A stretch of DNA of 60,149 nt, filler included, from Nemertoderma westbladi (Eukaryota; Animalia; Xenacoelomorpha): the NCBI GenBank assembly GCA_032718475.1. It is 2 parts of 2 records of this genome, joined end to end, with 100 filler letters (N's around TTAATTAATTAA, not from the genome) between each part and the next. Parts side by side here need not be neighbours in the genome. Positions count along the whole stretch, not along the records: positions 1 to 31,771 come from JAUCBJ010001109.1; 1 more part is not named here. One strand, written 5' to 3'. Below the pieces are notes generated by a model, which had not been told where the DNA came from, ran no database searches, and worked only from the letters and a program-made list of their open reading frames with translations. This document shows, piece by piece, positions 9,701 to 22,099 of this stretch (positions are counted from its first letter, which is position 1; each line of letters opens with the position of its first letter). A program made the translations under genes and the position numbers.

Positions 9701-11673
9701 TCCTGGGCCTGCCGAGAGGAGCGAGAATGTTGTTCCCTCAGCTGTCCGAGCAGGGGACCCATCTCCCGTCGTCCCTCATCTACCCACTCGACCGCCGAAG
9801 CGGGAGGCGCCAATGTTGTAGCGGGCGGACGAGGGACAACGGGCGACAAGTCATGAATATTTCGCTCGGAGTCCCGGACATGAACAATTTCAGGGGTGGT
9901 TCTGTGGGGCACAGGTAGCTTCGTGCTGTGCAGAGGGAATTTAGAGGTAGGTTCAAGGAGTACAGGTGTCTCTAGCACCGAAGGGGTGGCTTCGAGAACA
10001 GGCCTAATTATTTCAGGCTCATCTACTATAGTAGGGAGTCTTTCTATATTAATTATTTGGTCTGTGGGTTCTGTACTACCTAAGTTTGTGTTAGTTAGTT
10101 GCCTTCTAACAGCTGGGGGCAAATCAGGCAATTTCTGACGGTGGGATATTCTTCTACGTCTGCTTAGACGAGATCTATTTCCTCCGCCTTCAGCATCAGT
10201 TGTATCGCCTTCCTCAGATGATGTATATCCCTGCCTTTTGGGAGTAGATCGACTCATCATCTGCATTTGACTAGCTGTTAACTGTTTATTTATGCAGTCT
10301 TGATTCTCTTGAATATTTTCCAAATCTAGTTGGGCGATCTCTTCAGCCGCTCTACGTTCTGCTTCTGCCACCGCTATCTTTCTTTCCGCTTCTGCCGCTG
10401 CTGCCGCTTTTGCCTCTGTCGCTGCCGCTTTTGCCTCTGCCGCTGCTTCTGCCGCCTTTCCTTGTGCTTCTGCTTCTGCTGCTGCCACTGCTGCTATCTT
10501 TCTGTCTTCTATACGTTTTTTCTTTACTTGTTCTTCTTGGACTTTAGCGATGCGGAGGCGTTCATCAAATTTAGCTTGGTTCGCCGCTCTCATATCCACA
10601 TCGATTGCGTCCAACACAAGCTTGGTTCCTTCGCTATTAGGGCTAAGTCCATCTAGCCTTCTCCTCAACTCTTCATCACCTAAAAAGCGTTGATAGTCTG
10701 ACAGATAGATGTCAATGGTATCCCTCTTATGCGGTTTCTCTGCCATCGCTTCACTTTCCACTTGTGAAAAAGTAGCGTCTGTTGATTCTCCATGGGTTGA
10801 GCGCTCATCTAGCTGAGCTTTCCACTGAGCCGTTCCTTGAACCTGGAGACTCACCCGTTGAAACCAAGTCTTTACGGCAACTTGCAACAACGTGTCTTGT
10901 CTTCTTTTAGAAGCTTCCTCAAAGGCTGATAAGATTAGCCTGATTCGTAGAATTTTTTCTCTAACTTGATAAAGCAGCTGTCCCTGCTCTTGAGGTCCTT
11001 GGGGTTGTTGAAACAGTTGTTCTTCTAATCGCTCCATGGAGCTGAAGAATCCCTAGGCGTATCCTGCTGCGGACCTCTTCCACACAGCTGGATCGATGGT
11101 TTCCTTGGTTACTCCCATCCTGTGTATGTCTTCCCAGGCAGCTTCTGATAAATCAAACGGGAGTCCGGGTCCGGGGAAGTTCCATTGCGACTCGACAATA
11201 GACTTCAGTTCTTCCCTTGTGTATCCCGCATAACTATCTTTAGTCGATCGCTTATTTCTCACCCAATCGATCTGGTGTTCTTCCACCGCAGTCAATAACC
11301 TAGTGAGTACGGCTGCAGGAAGGATGAGAAGGGGATCCGAATAAACCGCATCCGTCATCTTTGCTCTGTGCTCGGGTGTCAGCTCTTCAGTATCCGCACT
11401 ACTGGAGCTGTCGGGCCGCTGAGAAATAAGTTCTCGGCTCGCGGGTAGTTGCTGTTCTGCTGCTTCTTGGTCCCGCTTAACCTGAGCTCGAGTGCCTATG
11501 ATAGACCTACGATGTTGGACTAGCCTAGGGTCTGATATTACTACGGTAGGGATGATCTTTCTTACAGTAGGAGGTGAGTTGAACTTCGGTCCTACACGTT
11601 CCACACTCCTGTCTGGGTCACATATGGTTGTATCTAGGAGACTGTCTGACAGGTTTTGCTTTGTGTCAGACAT
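6712..11673 (-). pseudogene. BEL/Pao gag-protease-(deleted pol) polyprotein, one reading frame with three internal stops
   Basis: ORFs 11053-11673, 8782-11037, 8032-8703 and 6712-7938 share one frame, separated only by TAG, TAG and TGA. Contains DUF1759-like KFNGDEMKWLPFF..EKLRFL, knuckles CVLC/CYNC/CAKC..HHILLH, ALLDSGS, TRVGWYLTG, RNase H tail WRHCPETINLTDIASRG..WLGGPDFL and integrase end RPVGRLCLL. No RT YxDD or integrase DDE core is visible. Confidence 0.88.
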
Positions 11674-11799
11674 GTTGGTTTGTACAGTTGAATGTCTACT
11701 GCTATATTACAGTTTAAGCAAGTCTAGCAATTCAGTATCACCATTAGCCTAGTAATTAATTACCGATACTGCTACTCAGTGTAGCGTAATATATATATA

Positions 11800-12190
11800 A
11801 TATATTAGAATACTGGTATGCTTATAGTATATATATAAGTATTGTCACAGACTAGATTTGTCACAGAATACCGGTATGTAATTTCAGCACAAGTATAGAT
11901 AAATATATAATAGGCCTATCGTGAATACCGGTATACAGCTTACACTTATAGTGTATATAAGTATAATTATGAACTAGAATTAATTACAGAATACCGGTAT
12001 AATTTCAGCCTAAAATTTATAGAAATAAATATAATAAGCCTATCGTGAATACCGGTATACAGCTTACACTTATAATGTATATATATAAGTATAATTACAG
12101 ACTAGAATTAATTACTGAATACCGGTATAATTTCAGCCTAAAATTTATAGAAATAAATATAATAAACCTATTGTAAATACCGGTATGTCA
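11800..12190. repeat. Imperfect tandem repeats (aataccggtat-containing) in the retroelement leader
   Basis: Recurring blocks aataccggtat, cctatcgtgaat, actagaattaattac and aatttcagcctaaaatttatag. Confidence 0.75.
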
Positions 12191-13133
12191 ATTATTTTAG
12201 AATAATTGAATTTCTGAATTTTAAGGGTTACTTGGTTACTTTAACTTACTTTATTACCGTTATTTAAGCAGTAGTCCAACTGATATTTAGACCTAATTGA
12301 TGTATGGCAGGCCTACTATTTATAAATCGTTTGAGTTGATTTATAATATATATACCCGTTAAAATGGGTTTTGTCAATGTTTGAAATAAATGTTATTATT
12401 TCTGGGGGGAGTCACTACACAGAAGCTGTGCGCTCTCAGTGAAGTGCTACTTGTTGGACACTAAAACAAATAATTCTAATTTACCTAAGTTACTTAATAC
12501 TACAAATTACGTACAATTCGGGTGAGATTACAATCTCTAAATAAACACAAAAATTACAAGTACGAATTTTTAGGGTAATTTTACAAGAAGTCTACTAACC
12601 AGCCTAACAAAGGGTTAGAATATCTGGTTATTACAACGGACAGGTTACTACGGTATTTGAAAATAATAAGTAGTAGTAAATATACTGCGTTGTCCAGATA
12701 GAAAAATACCACCGTCTGACGACTTATAGCCGTATCGCTATAAGTACTACGTTATGTATCACGGAGTGTTCCTACCTAGAAGTTAATTACCGCGGTCTAC
12801 CAGAACCAACGTGCCTATTAACCACTTTACAACACAAATATACTGTCTACACACTAATCACCTTCGGAAAGCACTGTACATTAAACCCTAAATTAGGTAC
12901 AAGTACTTATACAACAAATAATCAGTAGTTAAAAATACTTGTACAGCTAAAAGAACCACGGTATCTGCTGGAGTGACCGGGGCACAAAATCACCAGTCTT
13001 TACCTACGCCAAGCAGCCCTGATGTAGTACCGGGGTTAATTTAACTATAACGGTATATATAACAAGCACAATTACTGTAGGAACAAACTTGGGGATATGA
13101 ATGTTGCGAATAATCGCATAAACTCTGAATAAT

Positions 13134-13705
13134 AAATATTACGCTACGCGTACAGACTACTCAAACAAAATGCAGACCAAATACTGACAGACTACTATCA
13201 AGCCTAAACAAACTACGGTATATGCAGACTCCGAAATGGTTAGTTAGTATGCGTTCTAACCGAGTAGTACGACTTATTCTTTCGAGGGGGTTTACCTCAC
13301 AGCTCTGGAAGCCCCTACGTTCCCAACTGGCACTTTATCGGACATACACTCTACACACACCGAAATCTCTTCAGACCTAACAACAGCCAGACAAAATCCA
13401 GCCTACAAATTATCTAAATAAGAAATATTACGCTACCCGTACAGACTACACAAACAAAGTACAGACCAAACGCTGGCAGACTACTATCAAGCCTAAATAC
13501 ACTACAGTATATGCAGACTCCGAAATGGTTAGTTAGTATGCGTTCTAACCGAGTAGGACAACTTATTCTTTCGAGGGGGTTTACCTCACAGCACTGGAAG
13601 CCCCTACGTTCCCAACTGGCACTTTATCGGACATACACTCTACACACACTACAGTCCCTTCAGACTTTATGACAGTCAGACAACAGTCCAGCCTACAAAT
13701 TATCT
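13134..13705. repeat. ~289-bp tandem duplication in the retroelement leader
   Basis: aaatattacgctac...cctacaaattatct is present twice, starting at about 13134 and 13423. Confidence 0.9.
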
Positions 13706-14483
13706 GTACAATCTGAGCAGGCTTACACGCCTTCTGCTCAATATTAGCCTACAAATAAATAAAACTTGACAGAAACAAGTAAAATCTCAATAAAAAACCA
13801 GGGCGGCCGTCCCTGATTAATTATTAAGGCCTACCGGTATATAATTATCAAAATCGAATAATACTGCTGTACCTGTACTGCTGTAGGTACCGGTCCGGGT
13901 GGTTAGGTAGTCAGGCCTACTGGGTACCGGTTGCCGGTACTTCAGCTTTATTGCCTACTGCAATACAGAAGCTATATCTGTTATTGTTCGCGCTTTCAGA
14001 CCTTTAGCAGTTTAACCTGCCAAATTGGGATGTCTTCTAGATAATAGATTGTCTTTAGCCTATGACAAGTATTTGATACACTACATTAGCCGAAGCCAGT
14101 CTATGCGCGATCATTCACCCGCTGGATATACCCGGGAGACTGGATTCGGAAGCCTAACCGTATTGCGGGGTAGGCCTACTGTATTATTCGACTGGTCGCA
14201 ATATATATAATCTCCGACAAATATTATTCACTTTCGGGAAATATTAACAGTTCCTTTAGGACGTGGCGCTCTAAATATGTAAACAGAGCTATGACTTAAA
14301 CTAGACACAACGGGATGGCTATAGATTCACGTATATGGCGCATTCTTTAGGAGATGCTTTGTTATCAGTCACAATCATACACAATACTGCACAATGCTGC
14401 ACACTGATCTGCCGACCTTCACTAATTTTAGTCACATATAAAGAGAACAACAGACAATACATGTAGGGCCTATAAAATAGCAT

Positions 14484-14501
14484 TAGATTCACTTCAAACC
14501 A
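14484..14501 (-). promoter_or_regulatory. Candidate primer binding site
   Basis: Minus strand reads TTACA-TTAAG-TGGTTTGAAGTGAATC, a TGG 5 nt after the putative LTR end. The matching tRNA cannot be assigned. Confidence 0.35.
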
Positions 14502-14506
14502 CTTAA

Positions 14507-15150
14507 TGTAAGTCGCAATCGTTATATGTAACCGGTCTCTCTAACCTTTAGTATATCAAGAAGATTGGGGTGTCTGATTATTTATCAGTATTCCAAATAT
14601 AATATTCCATCAACAAATATAATGAATAACCGACAGTAAATAGCAGTACAAAGTTTAAGGTGTGAATGGTTATGAATGCAGTGAGTTTCGTTATGATTTG
14701 GTATGATAACAGATATACGTTCTATAATTAAGCCTACTAATGTTGGGCTAAAGACTGAAACACGGAGGTTCCAAAGCCGGTGTTCGAGGCTGTGGACAAA
14801 ATCACATACTGACTCAACTCCACGAGTTTCTATATACAATCTCTAACGCAGAGGCAAAAAACGCTCTGATTGGTCGACCGAACAAAGAAGGAACAGAGAA
14901 CAAAGAAAAGCTCCACTATACAGCATCAGCTGTTAGCCGTCGTCATGGTAGCTACACTGTTTCCAGAGGATTTGGCGCATTGCGTCATAAAATTGCTAAT
15001 CATGTCCGCTAAAGTACACATACAGAAGAAATGGCTTTTATGTCCTCTAAAACAACAGTACAGTAAGGACACGGCCTTTTATGCCTGTTAAACCAACTAC
15101 AGAGTACTTTACGGGGAAAATAATCGGCTAATTACGCAAAAGCCTTTACA
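14507..15150 (-). repeat. 5' LTR (TGTAA...TTACA)
   Basis: The right boundary (ttaca at 15150) is shared with the other LTR. The left boundary is inferred from tgtaa at 14507 next to the PBS candidate; tgtaa at 14527 is an alternative. Confidence 0.85.
14831..14873 (-). promoter_or_regulatory. CCAAT box and TATA-like box of the LTR promoter
   Basis: Minus strand GACCAATCAG is followed about 33 nt later by TATATAGAAA, in the element's sense orientation and in both LTRs. Confidence 0.5.
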
Positions 15151-15713
15151 CCGGGTCATTGAGTGCCTTGTGATCATGTCAGGGGAGGAGGGGCGATCAT
15201 CCGTCCAAGCGATCACGGTAAACTCTAGGTTTTCTTTGAATATCAAAAAGTGGTAGGAAACAATCATTTTCAAGTCCACCCACATTTAAAAATTCCATCT
15301 TATTTATTCTTGAAATTCTTTATGTTAACCCTATTAGCATTATCTGTATTAAGGGGGGGGGGGGGGGGGGGATTGATGATATCCAGATATAAAACATATT
15401 AAGTAAATACAAAATTTAATATGTAACCCAATATATTTGAGGAAGTTTCCAATTTGTAATATTAATAAATATTATTATTATTATATATATTATTAAATAT
15501 TATTATATAACTATAGCTAATATGACATTGAACAAAAAAAAGTAGCAAAAACTAGCTACTAACAAAAAATCCCAGTCATGGGTACACATACTGTAGTAGT
15601 GCTGTATAAATCTAGCTACAGTGCTATCATTCATTATATTCATGATAAACTGAGTTTTATTTACAAATTTCGGGTCTGGGGTATTCCGCAAAAATGCCGC
15701 TTACGGTACCGGT

Positions 15714-16566
15714 AACCTGGTAACGGAATGCTAACAGCTGAAACATTGATTTTAAGATACCGTGGAATTTGAAGGTCCTACATGGCTACCTTGAAATTTA
15801 TCTCGAACCTTGACTTCAACACAAGTCAAGATTTTTTGTGTTACCGCGGTAACACAAAAAATCTTATAATTATAATATGTTATATAATTAATGTTATGTT
15901 ATTAATATGATAATTTATAATTAATTATTGAGTGATAATTTCTAACTTGATATTATCATGATATGATCATGATAAGATCTGAAAAGATCTTCGTATGATA
16001 TGTAATCTTATGTAAAACGCTGTGAAAGAGAGTACTCTGGTCGGTCAAATACGGCAAAAAAAATAATTATCATTATGGCCTCTGCCTCTGAATTTGGGCA
16101 GCCTCTTTATCTGGCCTGATCTTATCCTGATCGTAGTCTGATCGTAGCAGATATAATAGCCATGTTGTTACTTTCCAAGACAATAATTATAATGTTTAAT
16201 GTAAAAATGGTTTTAATATTTAACAAATTGCAACCATACATTCAATAAATAAATATTTTTTTAATATTTTGTATATGTAAATTCTTAAAAGATTTTGTAT
16301 GATCATTCTATGATCGTAGCAGATTTACAATGTATTATGATCGCTGCAGATGAATCAAGCACATAGCATGATCCGTATAGATATTGGCAGATTCGTAAAG
16401 TCGCTTCGCTAGTCTAGGGCGGCTTGAAATTTCAAATTTACCTGGAGGAAAATCTTAAGTCTACCTTGAGGTAGACCTTGAAATATTTCAGGTGGGAATA
16501 ATAGTATAGTAAAATAGATTCAAGGTTAGTTTCAAGGTCAATCTCAAGATTTTTTGAGTTACTCGG
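15714..16566. mobile_element. Adjacent MITE-like elements with GGTAAC/GTTAC termini
   Basis: Termini acctggtaac, gtgttaccg|cggtaacac and gagttactcgg, with shared subterminal tcaagattttttg and accttga motifs. Confidence 0.45.
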
Positions 16567-17099
16567 CCCAGGTCTGCTGGTATAATATATATACCAATTG
16601 CAGAATTGAGGGAAAGGAGCAGGTTACAGACAGACAGAGGTGGGCTTTTCTAAACAAAACAATAAACCGATAAAGCAAAGGATCACTTTACCTGGCATCC
16701 GAGCAAGGCGGGTGTACTGAAACAGTAATTACAGTCTGACAGTAGCCTATAGGCCTACTACCTATCTACCTATAGCTATAGGCCTAATAAATAAGCTACC
16801 GGTACTGATTGTAGTAAGAAGTTAGTAGCTGGTAGCAAAGCAATCACCAATCATGTTATGGCAGTATTTTTCACTAACATCCATCGGTCAGTCGGTACGC
16901 AAAAGTGATAGAACCAAAAAGATCAAAATGGGTAGGGCCTACAGTTCCACCCTCTTCTTTTTTATGTTCTGCGTTAGGCCTATGCGATTACTAAGCCCAT
17001 TTCTATGAACAAATGATCTCATAAAATCTTTACCTGGAGTGTTGTCTTTGAAATATTGTGCTTTTTTACCTAACCGTTCGAGGTAATTATTAATTAACG

Positions 17100-17449
17100 T
17101 CTGACTGTCTGAGCATCTAATAGAGTTTGTGGAAAACCATAATCAGAGATCACTTTAAATCGATCGGCAATGATTTTCTCTACTTCTTTAGTAGGCTAAA
17201 CTGTCTACGATGTCCAATGTCAAATGTCACCAGTGTGTAGTTTATTCAATTTGTTTTGTATTGTCGAACGAGGAATCTTGAATTGCTTTGAAGCTTGTCG
17301 TTGAGTCAATATACCACATCTGATCCTGACTGCCTGATGGCTACCAGCGCTTCTTCGAGATTGCTATCAGTATAATTTCGATATTGCCTAGTTCCAGGCT
17401 TTTCTCGTAGGCCAGCTGTTGAACCAGACTTTCTTCCAAAAGACGCCAT
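17100..17449 (-). pseudogene. pogo/Tigger-like transposase N-terminal (HTH-psq) fragment
   Basis: YRNYTDSNLEEALVAIRQ, then after a frameshift TQRQASKQFKIPRSTIQNKL...DYGFP. Confidence 0.65.
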
Positions 17450-19172
17450 TACATCATTATGGTACCTGTACAGCTGTACAGAAAAGCAATTACCAGTTAA
17501 AGACCTAAATTTCCTATGGACCATTTTACGTTATCCCATTTTAGTCCTAAAGTAGCCTACAGTACAACATTGGCCACAAGCCATAGATCAAAAATATGTA
17601 ATTATTTCATGCAGAACTTTTTTGGGATGATGAGTTCAACCTTCTTAAAGACCAATAGCAGAAAAAACGGCAAGATTATCCATTCCATATAACCTCTATG
17701 GTCTGATGGTATAGACCTATATTGTCTAATTTTTTAAGCATAATATTCTACCTTCATTTAACTTATTTTATTCAAAGGAACATGACTCTTTCGGTGCAGT
17801 TTTTAATGTTTATCTGATTGCCTTGATAATATCAGAATATAGCTAATAACTACAACATTTGTTTGTTGAAAAATGTGCCCCATGTTGAACACACATCACA
17901 AAAATATAAATTTTTTCCTGGTGCAATGTTGTCATCAAGGCCAAAGTTGTCCTGTTCTACGGTACCGGTACTACAGGAATTTATTAGATGTATTTAATTA
18001 CCGCTGAATGTCATAATTACAGAATTATTATACAATTGGAATAGGCCTACCAGTAATGGGTTACAATTCCATATTTCAGTATTTCCAAAGCTACTCCAAA
18101 AGTTGAATTTTAAAAAAAGTTGAATTTTAAACTCTACTCCAAAAGCAGAAAAGTTGAATTTTAATAAAAAGTTGAATTTTAAAAAATAAAGTTGAAATTT
18201 CAACTCAGTTGAAAATAGAACTTCTCCCCGACTGGTTAAGGCTGTCACTAATGTTTTCACCAACTAATAAATAGTGTTAGGCAGTTAGGCCTATGATAAA
18301 AAACCAGGCCGAAATTTTGAACTAAAAAATTACCTGTTTTTCTAAACATATGCTTAAAACATAAGTACGGTTCGGAAATCGAATGTAGGCCTACCATAGT
18401 TGAAATGAAATAGTTGAAATAACCTACCACGATCACGAATGCATACCGGAACCGGACCGCGACTGGTGGAACAGGGAATTTTCACTCCCCATGCAAAATC
18501 AACCCCGGTTAAAATTCCCTAGGCCTAGTGTATTCTCACTTCCGGGGTGTAATATCTAATTTCCCTAGTGTATTATAATAACCCCTCCAGGGAAAAATCA
18601 CCCCTGAATTTATCAATTTTCATTCTCAATTTAGGGAAAGGAGCAGGTTACAGTGCCTCGTTAATTTAACCAAAACAATAAACTAAACACAATCAGACAT
18701 AGAACAGGTTACAGTTTTATTTTTGAGATAATCATCTGTTATTTGTGTCCAATTTCTGAATTTCCCCTGGAGAGAGGTGACGTCCTGTCACCCCCCCCCC
18801 CCCCCCCCCCCCCTCCCCCATATCTGGCAAATCTATCCCCGGTTAAATTTCCCTAGCTGCCTTCTGCCTAGTCCAGTAGTCAGCTAGTGTATGCCTGTAT
18901 GCTCACTCCCTGTGTATTTTATTTGTATCTTCTACAATCTAGTACTACAGTACTTGACTACTGCTGTACTGGTATATATAAATCTCCAGCGTGTGTTTGT
19001 GTGGTTGTCAGAGGTATCTGTGGTCTTATCTGTTCGTCTGTAAGCTGGTAAGCTTATATTGAATTTAAATTTCACTAAAAAATCACCCAGAGTAGTTTCA
19101 CCCACGGTTAAAATACGCTGCGGTCTTTTGCCGTAATTCGTAGGACCGTCCCCCGGTATGGTAAAAAAATTT

Positions 19173-20249
19173 TCCTTCACCGGTAACATGGGGTATTTTT
19201 ATACCCCAAATTGATAAGACATTTTAAGTAACATTAAACAGAAAAACCCTTACAATCCCCCTCCCAGAATTTGCCAAATGGTGAAAAAATAAGTTGTGAA
19301 TTTTTTTTTCAATTTGGTTGAAATCTACCCAACGCTCAATGCCACAAAAAAGTTATCCCACTACAATCGCGACCGTCGTTAATGTCGCGATGGGGTGTTT
19401 TGCAACAAGATACTATCATAGTGAAGCATTAGCTGTGAGAGTGTTTCTCATTTTAGGTTTTTTAGTGGTGTTATGGGTCAAGTACACCCTGAAGTATACC
19501 ATTGCAGTTCCAATAAGCATAAAATGAGTCAAATACCACCACTAAAAGTCAACAAAGTGATATATATATATACAGATATATCACCTCGCAATAGCACAAG
19601 ATCTTGAATTGTAATATGAAATATACACCATGACTGCAAAAGTACTGATGATTTGGTCATAAAATGTGATTATTGTCCAACTAAATTATACATTGCAGTT
19701 TCAATGAACCCAAAATGAGACCCAAAAGGCCAGAACACCTCTAAGAAAGCCTACACAATAAGAATTATTCACATATACTTAGCAATCTATCGCATCGCGA
19801 TTAGGCCGAAGTTTTGGCTTGTGAAATACAGGCCATACACAATTACAGTAGCCTAGCTTCATAATACTGATAATTTGGTCTTAAAAGACAAAGTTAAAAC
19901 ATGCCTCTAGCTGTCTAGTACAACTAAATCGACCATTGTGGTTCCAATGAAACCAAAATGAGTCACAAACAGACAAAGCACCACTAAACGAGCACCATAA
20001 CGTTATGGCTGTATGGGGTATTTTTATACCCCATCTTACCTAACTAAGTTGTTTTCAAATTAAGGGCCCATAACATTTTTCATAAACAAAATTTTATGGG
20101 TTTGACCCACACAATCGTTAGATTACAAGTTTTTTGGAAGATACTATGAAGTTGGACTTACATAATATGAGAGATTGTCGAAAAATATAAAAAGTAATCC
20201 CCTTGGGCTTGGGGTATTATTTTACCCCACGTTACCGGGGGAGGGTTAA
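19173..20249. mobile_element. Non-autonomous DNA element with terminal inverted repeats, piggyBac-like right end
   Basis: ccggtaacatggggtat at the left is inverted as taccccacgttaccgg at the right, which ends gggTTAA. Confidence 0.55.
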
Positions 20250-20744
20250 ACAGATAAAGTCGGTCCGTCTAAAACAGACTGACACTGACTGACTGACAGC
20301 TGGACAGTACCTGCCCTGCAGTGACCTAACAGTCAGACAGTGTGCGCTCTTGCGCACCAAAAATAACCTTTTTTTCTAAACATACAGACATAGGCTTAAA
20401 ACATGTAAATACGGAAATTTTAATTGACAATTTAATTTATTTTTAATTTAGTATAAAACATAGCAACGATGCAGCATGTACGTACGTACAGTACATATAG
20501 TAAGAGTAACATAGCCTAGATTATACAGTTATAGTCTGATAGTAAGTAGCTATGTACTATCTGACTATAGCAGCTAAACCCGTGAACCCTGAACCTGAAC
20601 TACCTTGTTGAGTTGTTATTTATATACCAGTCTGCCAGTACCTGTTTGCTGGTTTGCCTGTCACCTGTGCGGTATAAGACATTTTGTTTGTTAGTAATAT
20701 TTGTGTAAGTCTTATTTATGCTATTTTAAGTTGTAACATTTAAG

Positions 20745-21491
20745 ATGGATGATGAACAAAGTTTAAAGGAGTGTGAGGCGTACGTTCAGAAGCACAACAT
20801 CCAACAGGTTCTCAAGGAATGCATCGTTCAGCTTTGCATCCACCGACCAGATGAACCAATGACATTCCTCCGGGATCACTTCGGCCAACTGGCCAAGGAG
20901 AGCAAAAAATCCGCGGACAAACCCAAGAAATCATCCTCGGATGAGCAGGAGATTGAGCAGGACACACAGGAGGAAGATCCCTCCCCGGTGCCTCCGGTGG
21001 GAGGAGCGAAGCGTCCACGTCGAAGAGGAGCCGTTAGCGCTGAGGTTTATACGGAAGAGGACGCCGCTAGTTATGTGAAGAAAGTCGTCCCGAAGGATTA
21101 TAAGACGATGGCAGCGCTCTCTAAGGCCATCGAGAAGAATATATTGTTCGCTCATCTCGATGAAGGTGAGAAGAGCGATGTCTTTGACGCCATGTTCGGG
21201 GTGAATCACACCGCTGGGGAGGTGATTATCCAGCAGGGCGACGACGGGGATAACTTCTACGTTATCGATTCCGGCGAGGTGGACGTTTACGTAAACGCGG
21301 AGTATATATCGTCGATCTCGGAGGGCAGCAGCTTCGGGGAGTTGGCGTTGATATATGGGACGCCGCGCGCTGCCACCATCAAGGCGAAAACGGACGCGAA
21401 GCTGTGGGCAATCGACAGGGACACTTACCGGAGGATCCTGATGGGTTCCACAATGCGGCGACGTACCATGTACGAGTCCTTCCTCGCCAAG
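20745..21491 (+). CDS. PRKAR1: cAMP-dependent protein kinase type I regulatory subunit, coding exon 1
   Basis: D/D domain [26 protein letters not shown], pseudosubstrate RRRGAVS and cAMP site [17 protein letters not shown]. Similarity ends at the phase-0 donor AAG|gtaggc. Confidence 0.97.
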
Positions 21492-22099
21492 GTAGGCCGA
21501 ATATTAATTTTTTGTTATTTCCTTAATTCCATCGCCTCTATCGAACTCACCAAAAGTAATATCAGTTAATCAAACGTTTGCATTTTCCTTCTATAATAGG
21601 CTAATATGTAAACTTAACATTACCAGTACCGTACTAAATATATTTTGGTTGAGGGGCGGGCTTATAATTTAGGCCTCTCAGCCTTTCATCCTCTCCCTGT
21701 GGTATACAATTTGGATCATTTGAATTACTGGGAGTAAAACTTGGTATAGGAGGAGCGGGTAGCACCCTCTGGAGGTTTTTTTTTTAATTTAACCTTTATA
21801 GCATTTATTATATTTAACAATTATATACACTGATCCACCATTTGCGTTTACCACTCTTCTCAATTTAGAATCTTAGCAGAACAATAAAAAACAACAAGTA
21901 GTTAGTTAGTTTGATCTTTAATGTCCAGGGCCATAACCCCCCCCCCCCCCCCACTCCAACAGAAAAATGCATCTCACTTTCACTATCACCATTACAGACC
22001 CGAACATGAAATGTTATTCTATTTATTATATTTAATTATCTGCGCTACGCGCGAGTGGACCATCACATTTCGCCCTTGGGAGCAGTAAATCGCTGTACC

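Larger units (their letters stand above)
142..15150 (-). mobile_element. BEL/Pao-type LTR retrotransposon, non-autonomous (pol deleted), carrying a large extra ORF
   Basis: Direct repeats at 142-747 and 14547-15150. Between them are BEL-type gag motifs (FxGD..W..F and triple Cys/His knuckles), a protease motif LLDSGS, RNase H and integrase remnants, and a polypurine tract next to the 3' LTR. Confidence 0.93.

Noticed and set aside
13270-13325. Hammerhead ribozyme in the leader repeat (minus strand CTGTGAGG...CCTCGAAA)
   Set aside because: The core lacks the conserved A of CUGANGA in both copies, and stems I and III are not evident.
15151-15153. LTR extending to include ccg
   Set aside because: The 3-bp match beyond the CA terminus overlaps the PPT at the other LTR and is most simply chance.
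21492-21569. C-terminal extension [10 protein letters not shown]... of the 274-aa ORF
   Set aside because: It is read-through into the intron; splicing at 21491/23938 restores the conserved RI sequence.
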